From positions 416,001-480,000 of the forward strand of contig OZ219865.1 of NCBI GenBank assembly GCA_964291675.2: a stretch of 64,000 nucleotides of DNA, written 5' to 3'. The position numbers were made by a program, and so were the translations under genes. Source of the DNA: Alphaproteobacteria bacterium (GTDB taxonomy: Bacteria; Pseudomonadota; Alphaproteobacteria; MPNO01). The number at the start of each line of letters is the position of its first letter. Within the stretch, counting starts at the first letter, position 1. Below the pieces are notes generated by a model. It made no database searches, was not told where the DNA came from, and saw nothing but the letters and a program-made list of their open reading frames with translations. Below are positions 10,249-21,350 of the stretch, one piece after another.

Positions 10249-10417
10249 AAAACGGAAGGGACAAAGGCGAGTTTCCTCGCGCGGCGTCTTGGGGGAGAGG
10301 TTCGGTTATCAGCCGCAAACCGCCGCGCCGGCCAATCCGCCCACGGGCAAAGGTTCGAAGTCTGCGCCAAAGAGCGGTGCGAGCGGTTCGTCGTCCGATA
10401 GCAAGAAAACGAAGTAG
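10241..10417 (+). CDS. Small basic low-complexity peptide (58 aa) with GYQP...NPP.G.GS core
   Basis: GGAGG at 10231-10235 precedes ATG 10241. The start overlaps the upstream stop by 8 nt and the ORF fills the gap before nuoG. Confidence 0.6.
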   Translation: MDEKRKGQRRVSSRGVLGERFGYQPQTAAPANPPTGKGSKSAPKSGASGSSSDSKKTK

Positions 10418-10470
10418 GCCCGCGGCGGGGCGGGATCGCTGACAGGTTAAGCGTCTGAAATGACTATGCC

Positions 10471-12528
10471 ATGGCCACACTGACCATCGACGGAATCGAG
10501 ATCGAGGTCGAGGACGGGATCACCGTCCTGCAGGCCTGCGAGGAGGCCGGCATCGAGATCCCGCGCTTCTGCTATCACGAGCGGCTGTCGATCGCCGGCA
10601 ATTGCCGCATGTGCCTGGTCGAGATGGAGCGCTCGCCCAAGCCGATCGCCTCCTGCGCCATGCCGGTCGGCAACAACATGGTGATCCGCACCGACACGCC
10701 GATGGTCCAGAAGGCGCGCCAGGGGGTGATGGAGTTCCTGCTGATCAACCATCCGCTCGACTGCCCGATCTGCGACCAGGGCGGCGAGTGCGATTTGCAG
10801 GACCAGGCGATGGCCTACGGCTTCGACCGCTCGCGCTTCGCCGAGAACAAGCGCGCCGTGCCGGACAAGGATTTCGGCCCGCTGGTCGAGACCCACATGA
10901 CGCGCTGCATCCACTGCACGCGCTGCATCCGCTTCGTGACCGAAATCGCCGGCGTCGAGGAGCTCGGCGCCACCGGGCGCGGCGAGCACATGGAGGTCGG
11001 CACCTATGTCGAGAAGGCGCTCGCCTCCGAGCTGTCGGGCAACATCATCGATCTCTGCCCGGTGGGCGCGCTGACCTCGAAACCCTACGCCTTCAACGCG
11101 CGTCCCTGGGAGCTCGCCAAGACCGAGACCGTGGACGTGATGGACGCGGTCGGCAGCAATGTCCGCGTCGACTCGCGGGACGGCGAGGTGCAGCGGGTGA
11201 TCCCGCTGCTGAACGAGGACATCAACGAGGAGTGGATTTCCGACAAGGCGCGGTTCGCCTGCGACGGGCTGCGCCGCCAGCGCCTCGACACGCCCTATGT
11301 GCGCCGCGACGGCAGGCTGGCGCCCGCGAGCTGGGCGGAGGCGCTCGGCGCGGTCGCCGACAGGCTGGGCGGGACCGCGCCGGAGCGCATGGCGGCGATC
11401 GCCGGCGACCTGGCCTGCTGCGAGTCGATGGCGATGCTGAAGGACCTGTTCGCCGCGCTCGGCTCGCCCCATGTCGATGCGCGCCAGGAGGGGGCGAAGC
11501 TCTCGGCGGCGGCGCGCGCCGGCTACCTGTTCAACACCGCCATCGCCGGGATCGAGGACGCCGATGCCTGCCTGATCGTGGGCGCGGACGTGCGCCGCGA
11601 AGCCCCGCTGGTCAATGCGCGCCTGCGCAAGCGGCATTCGATGGGCGGCTTCCCGGTCGGGCTGATCGGCGAGCCGGTCGACCTCGCCTGGCGCTACGAC
11701 CATCTCGGCAACGACGCCGCCCTGCTCTCTGAAATCGCCGTCGGCGAACACCCGTTCCGCTCAAAACTGGAAGCGGCCGCGCGTCCGATGATCGTCCTCG
11801 GCGAGGCGGCCTACGCGCGCGACGACGGGGCGCGAATCCTCGGCACCGCCCGTGCGATCGCCGAACGCTTCGGCATGGCGGGCGAAGAGTGGAACGGGTT
11901 CAACGTGCTGCACCGTGCCGCCGCCCGGGTCGGCGGGCTCGATCTCGGCCTGGTGCCGGGCGAGGGCGGGCGCGACGTGGACGCGATCCTGGCGGGCGCG
12001 GAAAGCGGCGAGATCGAAGCGGTCTATCTGCTCGGCGCCGACGAGATCGACACGCAAAGGCTCGGCGAAGCCTTCGTGGTCTATCAGGGCCATCACGGCG
12101 ACGCCGGGGCGATGCGCGCCGACGTCATCCTGCCGGGCGCGGCCTATACCGAGAAGGAGGCGACCTACGTCAACCTCGAGGGCCGGCCGCAGCGCACCGC
12201 CCGCGCGGTGCATCCGCCGGGCGAGGCGCGCGAGGACTGGCGCATCCTGCGCGCGCTGTCCGAGATTCTCGGCCGGAAGCTGCCCTGCGACACGGTGGAC
12301 GAGGTGCGCGCGCGGATGGCGGCGATCGCCCCGGTCCTCGCCGGGATCGGCGCGGTCGAGCGGGCGCCCTGGCAGGCGTTCGGCGAGGACGGGCCGCCCG
12401 ATCCCGGACCGCTCGGCACCGCGATCGGCAACTACTACATGACCGACCCGATCTCGCGGTCGTCGGAGACCATGGCGGCCTGCACGCGGGCCTTCCTGGA
12501 GACCTCCCGGGCGGCGGCGCATGGATAG
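10471..12528 (+). CDS. nuoG: NADH-quinone oxidoreductase subunit G
   Basis: [32 protein letters not shown] and RCIHCTRC. Confidence 0.97.
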   Translation: MATLTIDGIEIEVEDGITVLQACEEAGIEIPRFCYHERLSIAGNCRMCLVEMERSPKPIASCAMPVGNNMVIRTDTPMVQKARQGVMEFLLINHPLDCPICDQGGECDLQDQAMAYGFDRSRFAENKRAVPDKDFGPLVETHMTRCIHCTRCIRFVTEIAGVEELGATGRGEHMEVGTYVEKALASELSGNIIDLCPVGALTSKPYAFNARPWELAKTETVDVMDAVGSNVRVDSRDGEVQRVIPLLNEDINEEWISDKARFACDGLRRQRLDTPYVRRDGRLAPASWAEALGAVADRLGGTAPERMAAIAGDLACCESMAMLKDLFAALGSPHVDARQEGAKLSAAARAGYLFNTAIAGIEDADACLIVGADVRREAPLVNARLRKRHSMGGFPVGLIGEPVDLAWRYDHLGNDAALLSEIAVGEHPFRSKLEAAARPMIVLGEAAYARDDGARILGTARAIAERFGMAGEEWNGFNVLHRAAARVGGLDLGLVPGEGGRDVDAILAGAESGEIEAVYLLGADEIDTQRLGEAFVVYQGHHGDAGAMRADVILPGAAYTEKEATYVNLEGRPQRTARAVHPPGEAREDWRILRALSEILGRKLPCDTVDEVRARMAAIAPVLAGIGAVERAPWQAFGEDGPPDPGPLGTAIGNYYMTDPISRSSETMAACTRAFLETSRAAAHG

Positions 12529-13540
12529 CTTCCTCGACATCTATGTCTGGCCGACGGTGCTGATCGTGCTGTCGATCGTCGCCATCGTGGTGCCGGTGCT
12601 GGCGGGGGCGGCCTACATGACCCTGGCCGAGCGCAAGGTCATCGCGGCGATCCAGCTCCGCAAAGGCCCCAACGTGGTCGGCCCGTTCGGCCTGTTCCAG
12701 CCGATCGCCGACGGCATCAAGATCCTGTTCAAGGAGACCATCATCCCGACCGGCGCCAACCGGGCCGTGTTCCTGATGGCGCCGATGCTGACCTTCATCC
12801 TGAGCCTGGTCGCCTGGGCGGTCATCCCGTTCGACGACGGCTGGGTGCTGGCCGACATCAATGTCGGGATCCTCTATCTGTTCGCGATCTCCTCCCTCGG
12901 GGTCTACGGCATCATCATGGCCGGGTGGGCGTCGAACTCGAAATACGCCTTTCTCGGCGCGCTGCGCTCGGCCGCCCAGATGGTGTCCTACGAGGTGGCG
13001 ATCGGCTTCGTGATCATCAGCGTGCTGCTCTGCGTCGGCTCGCTCAATTTGAGCGAGATCGTCAAGGCGCAAGAGGGGCTGTGGTTCTGCATCCCGCTAT
13101 TGCCGATGTTCGTGATGTTCTTCGTCTCGACGCTCGCCGAGACCAACCGCGCGCCGTTCGACCTGCCCGAGGCCGAGGCCGAGCTGGTGGCGGGCTACAA
13201 CGTCGAATACTCGTCGATCACGTTCGCGCTCTTCTTCGTCGGCGAGTACGCCAACATGATCCTGATGAGCGCGATGACGACGGTGCTGTTCCTCGGCGGC
13301 TGGCTGCCGCCGATCGACATCGCGCCGTTCAACTGGATCCCGGGCGCGATCTGGTTCGGCGCCAAGGTGGCGTTCTGCCTGTTCGTCTTCCTGTGGGTGC
13401 GCGCAACCTTCCCGCGCTACCGCTACGACCAGCTGATGCGGCTCGGCTGGAAGGTGTTCCTGCCGGGCTCGCTGCTCTGGCTGGTGCTGGTAGCGGGCTA
13501 TCTGGTGGCCACCGGCACGGCGCCGATGGGGGTGAAGTGA
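12521..13540 (+). CDS. nuoH: NADH-quinone oxidoreductase subunit H
   Basis: ERK...[21 protein letters not shown] and [13 protein letters not shown]. Confidence 0.97.
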   Translation: MDSFLDIYVWPTVLIVLSIVAIVVPVLAGAAYMTLAERKVIAAIQLRKGPNVVGPFGLFQPIADGIKILFKETIIPTGANRAVFLMAPMLTFILSLVAWAVIPFDDGWVLADINVGILYLFAISSLGVYGIIMAGWASNSKYAFLGALRSAAQMVSYEVAIGFVIISVLLCVGSLNLSEIVKAQEGLWFCIPLLPMFVMFFVSTLAETNRAPFDLPEAEAELVAGYNVEYSSITFALFFVGEYANMILMSAMTTVLFLGGWLPPIDIAPFNWIPGAIWFGAKVAFCLFVFLWVRATFPRYRYDQLMRLGWKVFLPGSLLWLVLVAGYLVATGTAPMGVK

Positions 13541-14028
13541 TGGCCCTGCTCGACCGATCCGCCCGGGCGCTGTTCCTGACCGAGCTCCTGTCGGGGATGG
13601 CGGTGACGCTGCGCTATTTGTTCAAGCCCAAGGTGACGCTGAACTACCCCTACGAGAAGGGTCCGCTGAGCCCGCGCTTCCGCGGCGAGCACGCGCTCAG
13701 GCGCTACCCCAACGGCGAGGAGCGCTGCATCGCCTGCAAGCTGTGCGAGGCGATCTGCCCGGCCCAGGCGATCACCATCGAGGCCGAGCCGCGCGCCGAC
13801 GGCAGCCGGCGGACGACGCGCTACGACATCGACATGACCAAGTGCATCTATTGCGGGTTCTGCGAGGAGGCCTGCCCGGTCGATGCCATCGTCGAGGGGC
13901 CGAACTTCGAGTTCGCCACCGAGACCCGCGAGGAGCTGATGTACAACAAGGAAAAGCTCCTCGACAACGGCGATCGCTGGGAGGCGGACCTCGCCGCCAG
14001 GCTCGGCGCCGATGCGCCCTACCGCTAG
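13540..14028 (+). CDS. nuoI: NADH-quinone oxidoreductase subunit I
   Basis: Two CxxCxxCxxxCP motifs: [12 protein letters not shown] and [12 protein letters not shown]. Confidence 0.97.
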   Translation: MALLDRSARALFLTELLSGMAVTLRYLFKPKVTLNYPYEKGPLSPRFRGEHALRRYPNGEERCIACKLCEAICPAQAITIEAEPRADGSRRTTRYDIDMTKCIYCGFCEEACPVDAIVEGPNFEFATETREELMYNKEKLLDNGDRWEADLAARLGADAPYR

Positions 14029-14037
14029 GCGCCGGCG

Positions 14038-14652
14038 ATGATCGTCCAGACCGCCGCCTTCTACCTGTTCGCCGCCGTCGCCGTGGCGGCCGCGGTCATG
14101 GTGATCTCGGCGCGCAACCCGGTCCACTCGGTGCTGTTCCTGATCCTCGCCTTCTTCAACGCGGCCGGGCTGTTCGTGCTGATGGGCGCGGAGTTCATCG
14201 CCATGACGCTGGTCATCGTCTATGTCGGCGCGGTGGCGGTGCTGTTCCTCTTCGTCGTCATGATGCTCGACATCAACTTCGTCGAGCTGCGCCAGGGCTT
14301 TCTGCAATATCTGCCGACCGGGGCGCTGATCGGCGTGGTCCTGCTGGCCGAGCTGGTGCTGGTCTTCGCCGGCTGGGCGTTCGCCCCCGACGAGGCGGTG
14401 GTCCGCGCCGCGCCGACCCCGCCGGCGAACGAGATCACCAATACCCACGCGCTCGGGCGCATCCTCTACACCGACTACATCTACGCCTTCCAGGCGGCCG
14501 GGGTGATCCTGCTGATCGCCATGATCGGCGCCATCGTGCTGACGCTGCGGGCGCGCGAGGGGGTGCGCAAGCAGCGCATCGGCGACCAGCTCGGGCGCGC
14601 CCGCGCGGATGCCGTGGAGCTCAAGAAGGTCGAGCCGGGGAGCGGCGTCTGA
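14038..14652 (+). CDS. nuoJ: NADH-quinone oxidoreductase subunit J
   Basis: [10 protein letters not shown] and [17 protein letters not shown]. Confidence 0.96.
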   Translation: MIVQTAAFYLFAAVAVAAAVMVISARNPVHSVLFLILAFFNAAGLFVLMGAEFIAMTLVIVYVGAVAVLFLFVVMMLDINFVELRQGFLQYLPTGALIGVVLLAELVLVFAGWAFAPDEAVVRAAPTPPANEITNTHALGRILYTDYIYAFQAAGVILLIAMIGAIVLTLRAREGVRKQRIGDQLGRARADAVELKKVEPGSGV

Positions 14653-14653
14653 C

Positions 14654-14959
14654 GTGGTCGGTCTCGCGCACTACCTGACGGTCGCCGCGATCCTGTTCAC
14701 GCTCGGGATTTTCGGCATCTTCCTCAACCGCAAGAACGTGATCGTCATTCTGATGTCGATCGAGCTCATCCTGCTCGCGGTCAACATCAACCTGGTCGCC
14801 TTCTCGGTCCACCTCCAGGACCTGGCTGGCCAGGTCTTCGCGCTGCTGGTGCTCGCCATCGCCGCGGCGGAGGCGGCCATCGGGCTTGCCATCATCGTCG
14901 TCTATTTCCGCAACCGCGGCTCGATCGCGGTCGAGGACATCAACCTGATGCGGGGCTAG
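14654..14959 (+). CDS. nuoK: NADH-quinone oxidoreductase subunit K (GTG start)
   Basis: [19 protein letters not shown] and [11 protein letters not shown]. Confidence 0.96.
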   Translation: MVGLAHYLTVAAILFTLGIFGIFLNRKNVIVILMSIELILLAVNINLVAFSVHLQDLAGQVFALLVLAIAAAEAAIGLAIIVVYFRNRGSIAVEDINLMRG

Positions 14960-14962
14960 GGC

Positions 14963-16893
14963 GTGCTGTATTCGCTTGCCGTCTTCCTGCCGCTGATCGG
15001 CGCCGCGATCGCCGGGCCGTTCGGCCGGCTGATCGGCGACCGGGCCGCGCAATACGTGACCTGCGGGGCGCTGATCGGCTCGGCCGCGATCTCGACCCTG
15101 ATCCTCTACGAGGTGGCGCTCGGCGGCGAGCCGCGCTCGATCGTGCTGTTCTCCTGGATGACCTCGGGCACGTTCGACGCGGTCTGGTCGCTGCGCTTCG
15201 ACCAGCTCGCCGCGGTGATGGTCTTCGTGGTGTCGGTGGTCTCGGCCTGCGTGCATGTCTACTCGATCGGCTACATGCACCACGACCCGTCGATCCCGCG
15301 CTTCATGGCCTATCTCAGCCTGTTCACCTTCTTCATGCTGGCGCTGGTGACGGCGGACAACCTGCTCCAGCTTTTCTTCGGCTGGGAGGGGGTGGGGCTC
15401 TGCTCCTACTTCCTGATCGGCTTCTGGTACGACCGGCCGGCCGCCAACGCGGCCGCGATCAAGGCCTTCATCGTCAACCGGGTGGGCGATTTCGGCTTCG
15501 CGCTCGGCATCATGGGCGTGTTCCTGGTGTTCGGCTCGATCGAGCTGCCGGCGATCTTCGGCGCCGCGCCGGAGAAGGCCGAGGCGACGATCTCCTTCCT
15601 CGGCCTGGAGGGGCATGCGCTGACCGTGCTCTGCATCCTCTGTTCATCGGCGCGATGGGGAAATCGGCGCAGCTCGGCCTGCACACCTGGCTGCCCGACG
15701 CGATGGAGGGGCCGACCCCGGTCTCGGCCCTGATCCACGCGGCGACGATGGTCACCGCGGGCGTCTTCCTGGTCGCGCGCATGTCGCCGCTCTTCGAATA
15801 CGCCCCCGCGGCGCTCACCCTGGTGGCGATCGTCGGCGCCGCGACCGCGTTCTTCGCCGCGACCATCGGGCTCTGCCAGAACGACATCAAGCGGGTGATC
15901 GCCTATTCGACATGCAGCCAGCTCGGCTACATGTTCTTCGCCTGCGGGGTCTCGGCCTATTCCGCCGGCATCTTCCACCTGATGACGCATGCCTTCTTCA
16001 AGGCGCTCCTGTTCCTCGGCGCGGGCTCGGTGATCCACGCGATGTCGTCCGAGCAGGACATGCGCCGGATGGGCGGGCTCTACCGGCTGATCCCGACGAC
16101 CTACGGGCTGATGTGGATCGGCAGCCTGGCGCTCGCCGGCATCCCGGTCTTCGCCGGGTTCTATTCCAAGGACGTGATCATCGAATCGGCCTTTGCCGCG
16201 CATACCCTGGCCGGGGACTTCGCCTTCTGGGCCGGCATCGCGGCGGCCTTCATGACCGCCTTCTATTCCTGGCGGCTGCTGATCATGACCTTCCACGGCG
16301 CGCCCAGGGCGGACGAGCGCACCATGGCGCATGTCCATGAATCGCCGCTGTCGATGATCGCGCCGCTGGTCGTGCTGGCCGCCGGCGCGGTGTTCTCCGG
16401 CATGCTCGGCTACCGCTACTTCGTGGGCGACGGTCTCGCCTCGTTCTGGGGCGATTCGATCCTCGTCCTGCCCGGCCACGACGCGCTCGCGGACGCCCAC
16501 CACGCGCCGCTCTGGGTCATCGCGCTCCCCGTCGCCGTCGCCGTCGCCGGGATCGCGCTCGCCTACTGGTTCTACATGTTGCGGCCCGGCCTGCCGGTCG
16601 CGCTCGCCGCAAGGTTCGCGCGCCTCTACCGGTTCCTGCTCAACAAGTGGTATTTCGACGAGCTTTACGACTGGCTGTTCGTGCGCCCGGCCCACCGCAT
16701 CGGCCGCGGGCTGTGGAAGGAGGGCGACGGCACGCTGATCGACGGGCTCGGCCCCGACGGGCTGTCCGCGGTCGCCCGCACGCTGGCGCGCCGGGCCAGC
16801 ATGCTGCAGTCGGGCTATGTCTACCACTACGCCTTCGCCATGCTGATCGGCGTCGCCGCCTTCGTGACCTGGTACCTCTATGCGCAGGGCTGA
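14963..16893 (+). CDS. nuoL: NADH-quinone oxidoreductase subunit L, split by one frameshift near 15640
   Basis: The N-part ([19 protein letters not shown]) and C-part ([21 protein letters not shown]) lie in different frames. ATC CTC TG TTC lacks one base of [10 protein letters not shown]. Confidence 0.93.
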
Positions 16894-16905
16894 GGGGAGA
16901 CCGGC

Positions 16906-18420
16906 GTGACCGACTGGCCGATTCTCAGCCTGGTGATCTTCCTGCCGACGGTGGGCGCGCTGTTCGTGTTCATCGTGCGCGGGGACGCGCGCACGGTCGC
17001 GCGCAACGCGCGGATGACCGCGCTCTGGACCTCGCTGATCACCTTCGCGCTGTCGCTCGGCCTCTGGATCGACTTCGACAACTCGACCGCGTCCTTCCAG
17101 TTCGTCGAGCGCGCCGACTGGATCCCCATCCTCGGCGCCAGCTACCATCTCGGGGTGGACGGCATCTCGATGCTGTTCGTGATCCTGTCCACCTTCCTCA
17201 CCCCGCTCTGCGTGCTGGCGAGCTGGGAGGCGATCCAGACCCGCGTCAAGGAGTACATGATCGCCTTCCTGCTGCTCGAGACCTTCATGGTCGGGATGTT
17301 CTGCGCGCTCGACTTCGTGCTGTTCTACATCTTCTTCGAGGGCGTGCTGATCCCGATGTTCCTGATCATCGGGGTCTGGGGCGGCGCCAACCGGGTCTAC
17401 GCGGCGTTCAAGTTCTTCCTCTACACGCTGACCGGCTCGGTGCTGCTGCTGGTCGCGGTCATGGTGATCTATTTCGACGCCGAGACCACCGACATCGTCC
17501 GCCTGATCGGGATCGGCTTCGATCCCGAGCTGCAGATCTGGCTGTGGCTCGCCTTCTTCGCGAGCTTCGCGGTCAAGGTGCCGATGTGGCCGGTCCACAC
17601 CTGGCTGCCCGACGCCCATGTCGAGGCGCCGACCGCGGGCTCGGTGATCCTCGCCGGCGTGCTGCTCAAGATGGGGGCCTACGGCTTCCTGCGCTTCTCG
17701 CTGCCGATGCTGCCGGTGGCGAGCGAGTTCTTCGCGCCCTTCGTCTACACGCTGAGCATCATCGCGATCGTCTACACCTCGCTGGTCGCGCTCGCCCAGG
17801 AGGACATGAAGAAGCTGATCGCCTATTCGTCGGTCGCCCATATGGGGTTCGTCACCATCGGCATCTTCACGGTGCAGACCCAGGGCGTCGAAGGGGCGAT
17901 CGTCCAGATGCTGAGCCACGGCGTGATCTCGGCCGCCTTGTTCCTCTGCGTCGGCGTGGTGTACGACCGCCTCCACACGCGCGAGATCGCGCGCTATGGC
18001 GGGCTGGTCCACCGCATGCCGGTCTACGCGGCGGTGTTCATGGTCTTCACCCTGGGGGCGGTGGGGCTGCCGGGGACCAGCGGGTTCGTGGGCGAGTTCC
18101 TGGTCCTGGTCGGCGCCTTCCAGGTCAATACCTGGCTCGCCCTGCTGGCCACCACCGGGATCGTGCTCGGCGCGGCCTACATGCTCTATCTCTATCGCCG
18201 GGTGATCTTCGGCGCGCTCACCAGGGAAGACCTCAAGACCATGGCGGATCTCAACCGGCGCGAGATCGCCGTCTTCGCGCCTTTGGTGGCGGCGACGCTG
18301 TGGATGGGCATCTGGCCGGAGCCGTTCCTCGACGTGATGCACGCCTCGGTCGCCAACCTGATCGAGAACTACCAGGTCGCGCTCGATGCGTCGGGCACGC
18401 TCGCGGTCGCCGGACGATGA
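16906..18420 (+). CDS. nuoM: NADH-quinone oxidoreductase subunit M
   Basis: [23 protein letters not shown] and [13 protein letters not shown]. Confidence 0.97.
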   Translation: MTDWPILSLVIFLPTVGALFVFIVRGDARTVARNARMTALWTSLITFALSLGLWIDFDNSTASFQFVERADWIPILGASYHLGVDGISMLFVILSTFLTPLCVLASWEAIQTRVKEYMIAFLLLETFMVGMFCALDFVLFYIFFEGVLIPMFLIIGVWGGANRVYAAFKFFLYTLTGSVLLLVAVMVIYFDAETTDIVRLIGIGFDPELQIWLWLAFFASFAVKVPMWPVHTWLPDAHVEAPTAGSVILAGVLLKMGAYGFLRFSLPMLPVASEFFAPFVYTLSIIAIVYTSLVALAQEDMKKLIAYSSVAHMGFVTIGIFTVQTQGVEGAIVQMLSHGVISAALFLCVGVVYDRLHTREIARYGGLVHRMPVYAAVFMVFTLGAVGLPGTSGFVGEFLVLVGAFQVNTWLALLATTGIVLGAAYMLYLYRRVIFGALTREDLKTMADLNRREIAVFAPLVAATLWMGIWPEPFLDVMHASVANLIENYQVALDASGTLAVAGR

Positions 18421-19868
18421 CGCCCCTGGTGCCCGATCTCGCGCTGATCCTGCCCGAGCTGATCCTCGTCTGCGGCGCGATGGCGCTGCTGATGCTGGGG
18501 GTCTTTCTCGGCGACCGGTCCTACCACAGCGTGAGCTGGCTCTCGGTGGCGCTGATCCTCGGCGCCGGGGTCGCGGCGAGCCTGACCACCGAGATCCGCG
18601 CCACCCTGTTCGACGGCCGGTTCGTGGTCGACGCCTTCGGACATTTCATGAAGTGGCTGGCCTTCGCTGGGCTCCGCGCTCGCCATCGTCATGTCCTTCG
18701 GCTACAACCGCCGCGAGCGGATCGGCCGGCCGGAATACCCCATCCTGATCGTCTTCGCGACGCTCGGGATGTCGATGATGATCTCGGCCAACGACCTGAT
18801 CTCGCTCTATGTCGGGCTCGAGCTCCAGTCGCTGGCGCTCTACGTGATCGCCGCCTTCCGGCGCGATTCGGCGCGCTCCTCGGAGGCCGGGCTGAAATAT
18901 TTCGTCCTCGGCGCGCTGTCGTCGGGCATGCTGCTCTACGGCTGCTCGATGGTCTACGGCTTCGCCGGCTCGACCGGTTTCGAGACCCTGGCCGAGCTGT
19001 TCTCGCGCCCCGGCACCGGGATCGAGATCGGCGTCGTCGTCGGGCTGGTCTTCGTCATCGCCGGGCTCGCCTTCAAGATCTCCGCCGTGCCGTTCCACAT
19101 GTGGACGCCCGACGTCTACCAGGGCGCGCCCACGCCGGTGACCGCCTTCTTCGCCATCGCCCCCAAGATCGCCGCGATGGCGCTGTTCACGCGCGTGCTC
19201 ATCGGGCCGTTCTTCGATCTGTTCCAGCAATGGCAGCAGGTCGTCATCTTCATCTCGATCCTGTCGATGATCCTGGGCGCGCTGGCGGCGATCTGGCAGA
19301 CCAACATCAAGCGGCTGCTCGCCTACAGCTCGATCGGCCATGTCGGCTACGCCCTGGTCGGCCTGGCGGCGGGCAGCGCCGACGGCGTGCGCGGCATCGT
19401 GATCTACATGGCGGTCTATCTGGTGATGACCGCGGGCACCTTCGCCTGCGTGCTGGCGATGCGCCAGAACGGCCGCATGGTCGAGGGGCTCGCCGACCTC
19501 GCGGGGCTCTCGCGGAACGCGCCGCTGCTCGCGCTGGCGCTGGCCATCTTCATGTTCTCGATGGCCGGAATCCCGCCGCTCGCCGGTTCTTCTCCAAGCT
19601 CTACGTGTTCCTCGCGGCGATCGACGCGGGGCTCTACACGCTCGCGGTGATCGGCGTGCTGACCAGCGTGATCTCGGCCTTCTACTATCTGCGGATCGTC
19701 AAGATCATGTATTTCGACGAACCTGCCGAGGCGTTCGACAAGCCGATGGGGCGCAGCCTCGCCGCGATCGCCGCGGTCTCCAGCGTGCTGGTCGTCGTGT
19801 TCATCGCCTTCCAGACCCCCATCGTGCGGGCGGCCGAGATTGCCGCGACCGTGCTGTTCTTCACCTGA
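18417..19868 (+). CDS. nuoN: NADH-quinone oxidoreductase subunit N, with two compensating frameshifts (~18670 and ~19586)
   Basis: The N-terminus (LILPELIL) and C-terminus (FFSKLYVF...YYLRIVK) share one frame. The core ([33 protein letters not shown]) is in another. Confidence 0.92.
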   Translation: MTPLVPDLALILPELILVCGAMALLMLGVFLGDRSYHSVSWLSVALILGAGVAASLTTEIRATLFDGRFVVDAFGHFMKWLAFAGLRARHRHVLRLQPPRADRPAGIPHPDRLRDARDVDDDLGQRPDLALCRARAPVAGALRDRRLPARFGALLGGRAEIFRPRRAVVGHAALRLLDGLRLRRLDRFRDPGRAVLAPRHRDRDRRRRRAGLRHRRARLQDLRRAVPHVDARRLPGRAHAGDRLLRHRPQDRRDGAVHARAHRAVLRSVPAMAAGRHLHLDPVDDPGRAGGDLADQHQAAARLQLDRPCRLRPGRPGGGQRRRRARHRDLHGGLSGDDRGHLRLRAGDAPERPHGRGARRPRGALAERAAARAGAGHLHVLDGRNPAARRFFSKLYVFLAAIDAGLYTLAVIGVLTSVISAFYYLRIVKIMYFDEPAEAFDKPMGRSLAAIAAVSSVLVVVFIAFQTPIVRAAEIAATVLFFT

Positions 19869-19871
19869 CCG

Positions 19872-20586
19872 GTGGCTCTTCCGGCAGGCTACCGGCTGGT
19901 CGGGCTGCGGCGGATCGACAGCACCAACGCCGAGGCGCTGCGCCGCGCCGCCGGCGGGGCGCCGCACGGCACGGTCGTCCTCGCCGGGGAACAGACCGCC
20001 GGGCGCGGCCGGCGCGGCCGAAGTCTGGATCTCCGCGCCGGGGAACCTGTTCATGACCATCCTCGTCCGCCCGCCCGAGGGCTGCGCCATGGCCCAGCTC
20101 TCCTTCGTCGCCGCCGTCGCGCTCGGCGACGCCTTGGCGGCGGAGGTCGATTTTCGCTTCAAATGGCCGAACGACCTGCTGGTGGAGGGACGCAAGATCG
20201 CCGGCATCCTGATCGAGGCCGATGGCGCGGCGGCGGCGGTGGGGGTGGGCGTGAACACCGCGCGTACGCCGGAGGCGGTGGGCGACAGTGCCGGCGATCT
20301 CGCCGGGTGCAGGCCCGCCGCCGAGCTTGCCAGCCACATCTGTCGCGCCTTCGACCCCTGGTACCGGCGCTGGCTCGCCGAGGGGTTCGGGCCGGTGCGC
20401 GCGGCCTGGCTCGCCCGTGCCGCCGGGATCGGGGAGGAGGTCGCCGCCCGTTCGGCGGGCGGTCCGGTCACCGGCCGCTTCGATCGGCTCGCGGCGGACG
20501 GCGCGCTGATCCTCGTCGACGCATCGGGAGCGGAAGTCGAGATCTCCGCCGGCGAGGTGGTCTTCGGGAGGGGCGGGTGCTGCTGA
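19872..20586 (+). CDS. birA: Biotin-[acetyl-CoA-carboxylase] ligase, frameshift near 20021
   Basis: DSTN...[10 protein letters not shown] lies in one frame and WISAPGNL...KWPNDL...KIAGIL in the next. Confidence 0.9.
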
Positions 20587-21350
20587 CCATCGATTCGGGC
20601 AACACCAATATCGTCTTCGCGCTCTATGACGGCGAAGAGCAGATGGGCGTCTGGCGGAGCTCCAGCGATCCGCGCCGCACGGCCGACGAATACGCGGTCT
20701 GGCTGAGCCAGCTCATGTCGCTGCGCGATCTCTCGGCGGGCGATGTCGACGCCGCGATCGTCGCCACCGTCGTGCCCGAGGCGCTGTTCAGCCTGCGCAC
20801 GCTGTGCCGCTCCTATTTCGGCTGCGAGGCGCTGGTGATCGGCGAGCCGGGGGTCGAGCTCGGCATCGGCGTCAAGGTGGACAACCCGGCCGAGGTCGGC
20901 ACCGACCGCCTGGTCAACGCGGTCGGCGCACATGAGCGGTTCGGCGGACCCCTGATCGTCATCGATTTCGGCACCGCGACCACCTTCGACGTGGTCGACG
21001 GCGAGGGCAGCTATGTCGGCGGCGTGATTGCGCCCGGGATCAACCTGTCGCTGGACGCGCTCCACGCGGCGGCCGCGCAGCTCCCCCGCGTCGCCGTCCG
21101 GCGGCCGCCCCGGGTGATCGGCAAGCGCACCGTGCCGGCGATGCTGTCCGGCATCTATTGGGGCTATATCGGGCTGATCGAGGGGCTGGTGGCGCGCATC
21201 GCCGAGGAATACGGCGCCGACATGAAGGTGATCGCCACCGGCGGGCTGGCGCCGCTCTTCGCCGAGGGGACGCCGGTCATCGGCGACGTCGATCCCGAGA
21301 TGACGCTGCGCGGCCTGGCCTCGATCTGGCGGCGGAACCGGGACGCATGA
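20577..21350 (+). CDS. coaX: Type III pantothenate kinase (GTG start)
   Basis: [25 protein letters not shown] and ATGG. Confidence 0.95.
   Translation: MLLTIDSGNTNIVFALYDGEEQMGVWRSSSDPRRTADEYAVWLSQLMSLRDLSAGDVDAAIVATVVPEALFSLRTLCRSYFGCEALVIGEPGVELGIGVKVDNPAEVGTDRLVNAVGAHERFGGPLIVIDFGTATTFDVVDGEGSYVGGVIAPGINLSLDALHAAAAQLPRVAVRRPPRVIGKRTVPAMLSGIYWGYIGLIEGLVARIAEEYGADMKVIATGGLAPLFAEGTPVIGDVDPEMTLRGLASIWRRNRDA

Noticed and set aside
10245-10442. Alternative small ORF overlapping the GYQP peptide
   Set aside because: The sequence is Arg-rich, looks like an off-frame reading and has no motif, so 10241-10417 is preferred. It cannot be fully excluded because it also has an ATGA overlap and a nearby GGAG.
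15406-18342. Very long antisense or alternate-frame ORFs (e.g. 15406-18342, 32083-35313, 35623-38469, 42868-45558, 53266-56244)
   Set aside because: These are shadow ORFs caused by high GC and codon bias. They overlap unambiguous housekeeping genes and have no recognisable motifs.
15630-20030. Programmed ribosomal frameshifting in nuoL, nuoN or birA
   Set aside because: There are no slippery heptamers or long homopolymers and no shared context at the sites. The regional clustering fits sequencing error.
19872-21350. Apparent BirA-CoaX fusion ORF
   Set aside because: It is created by the frameshift at ~20021. The BirA catalytic motifs continue in another frame to their own stop at 20586, and coaX has its own RBS and GTG.
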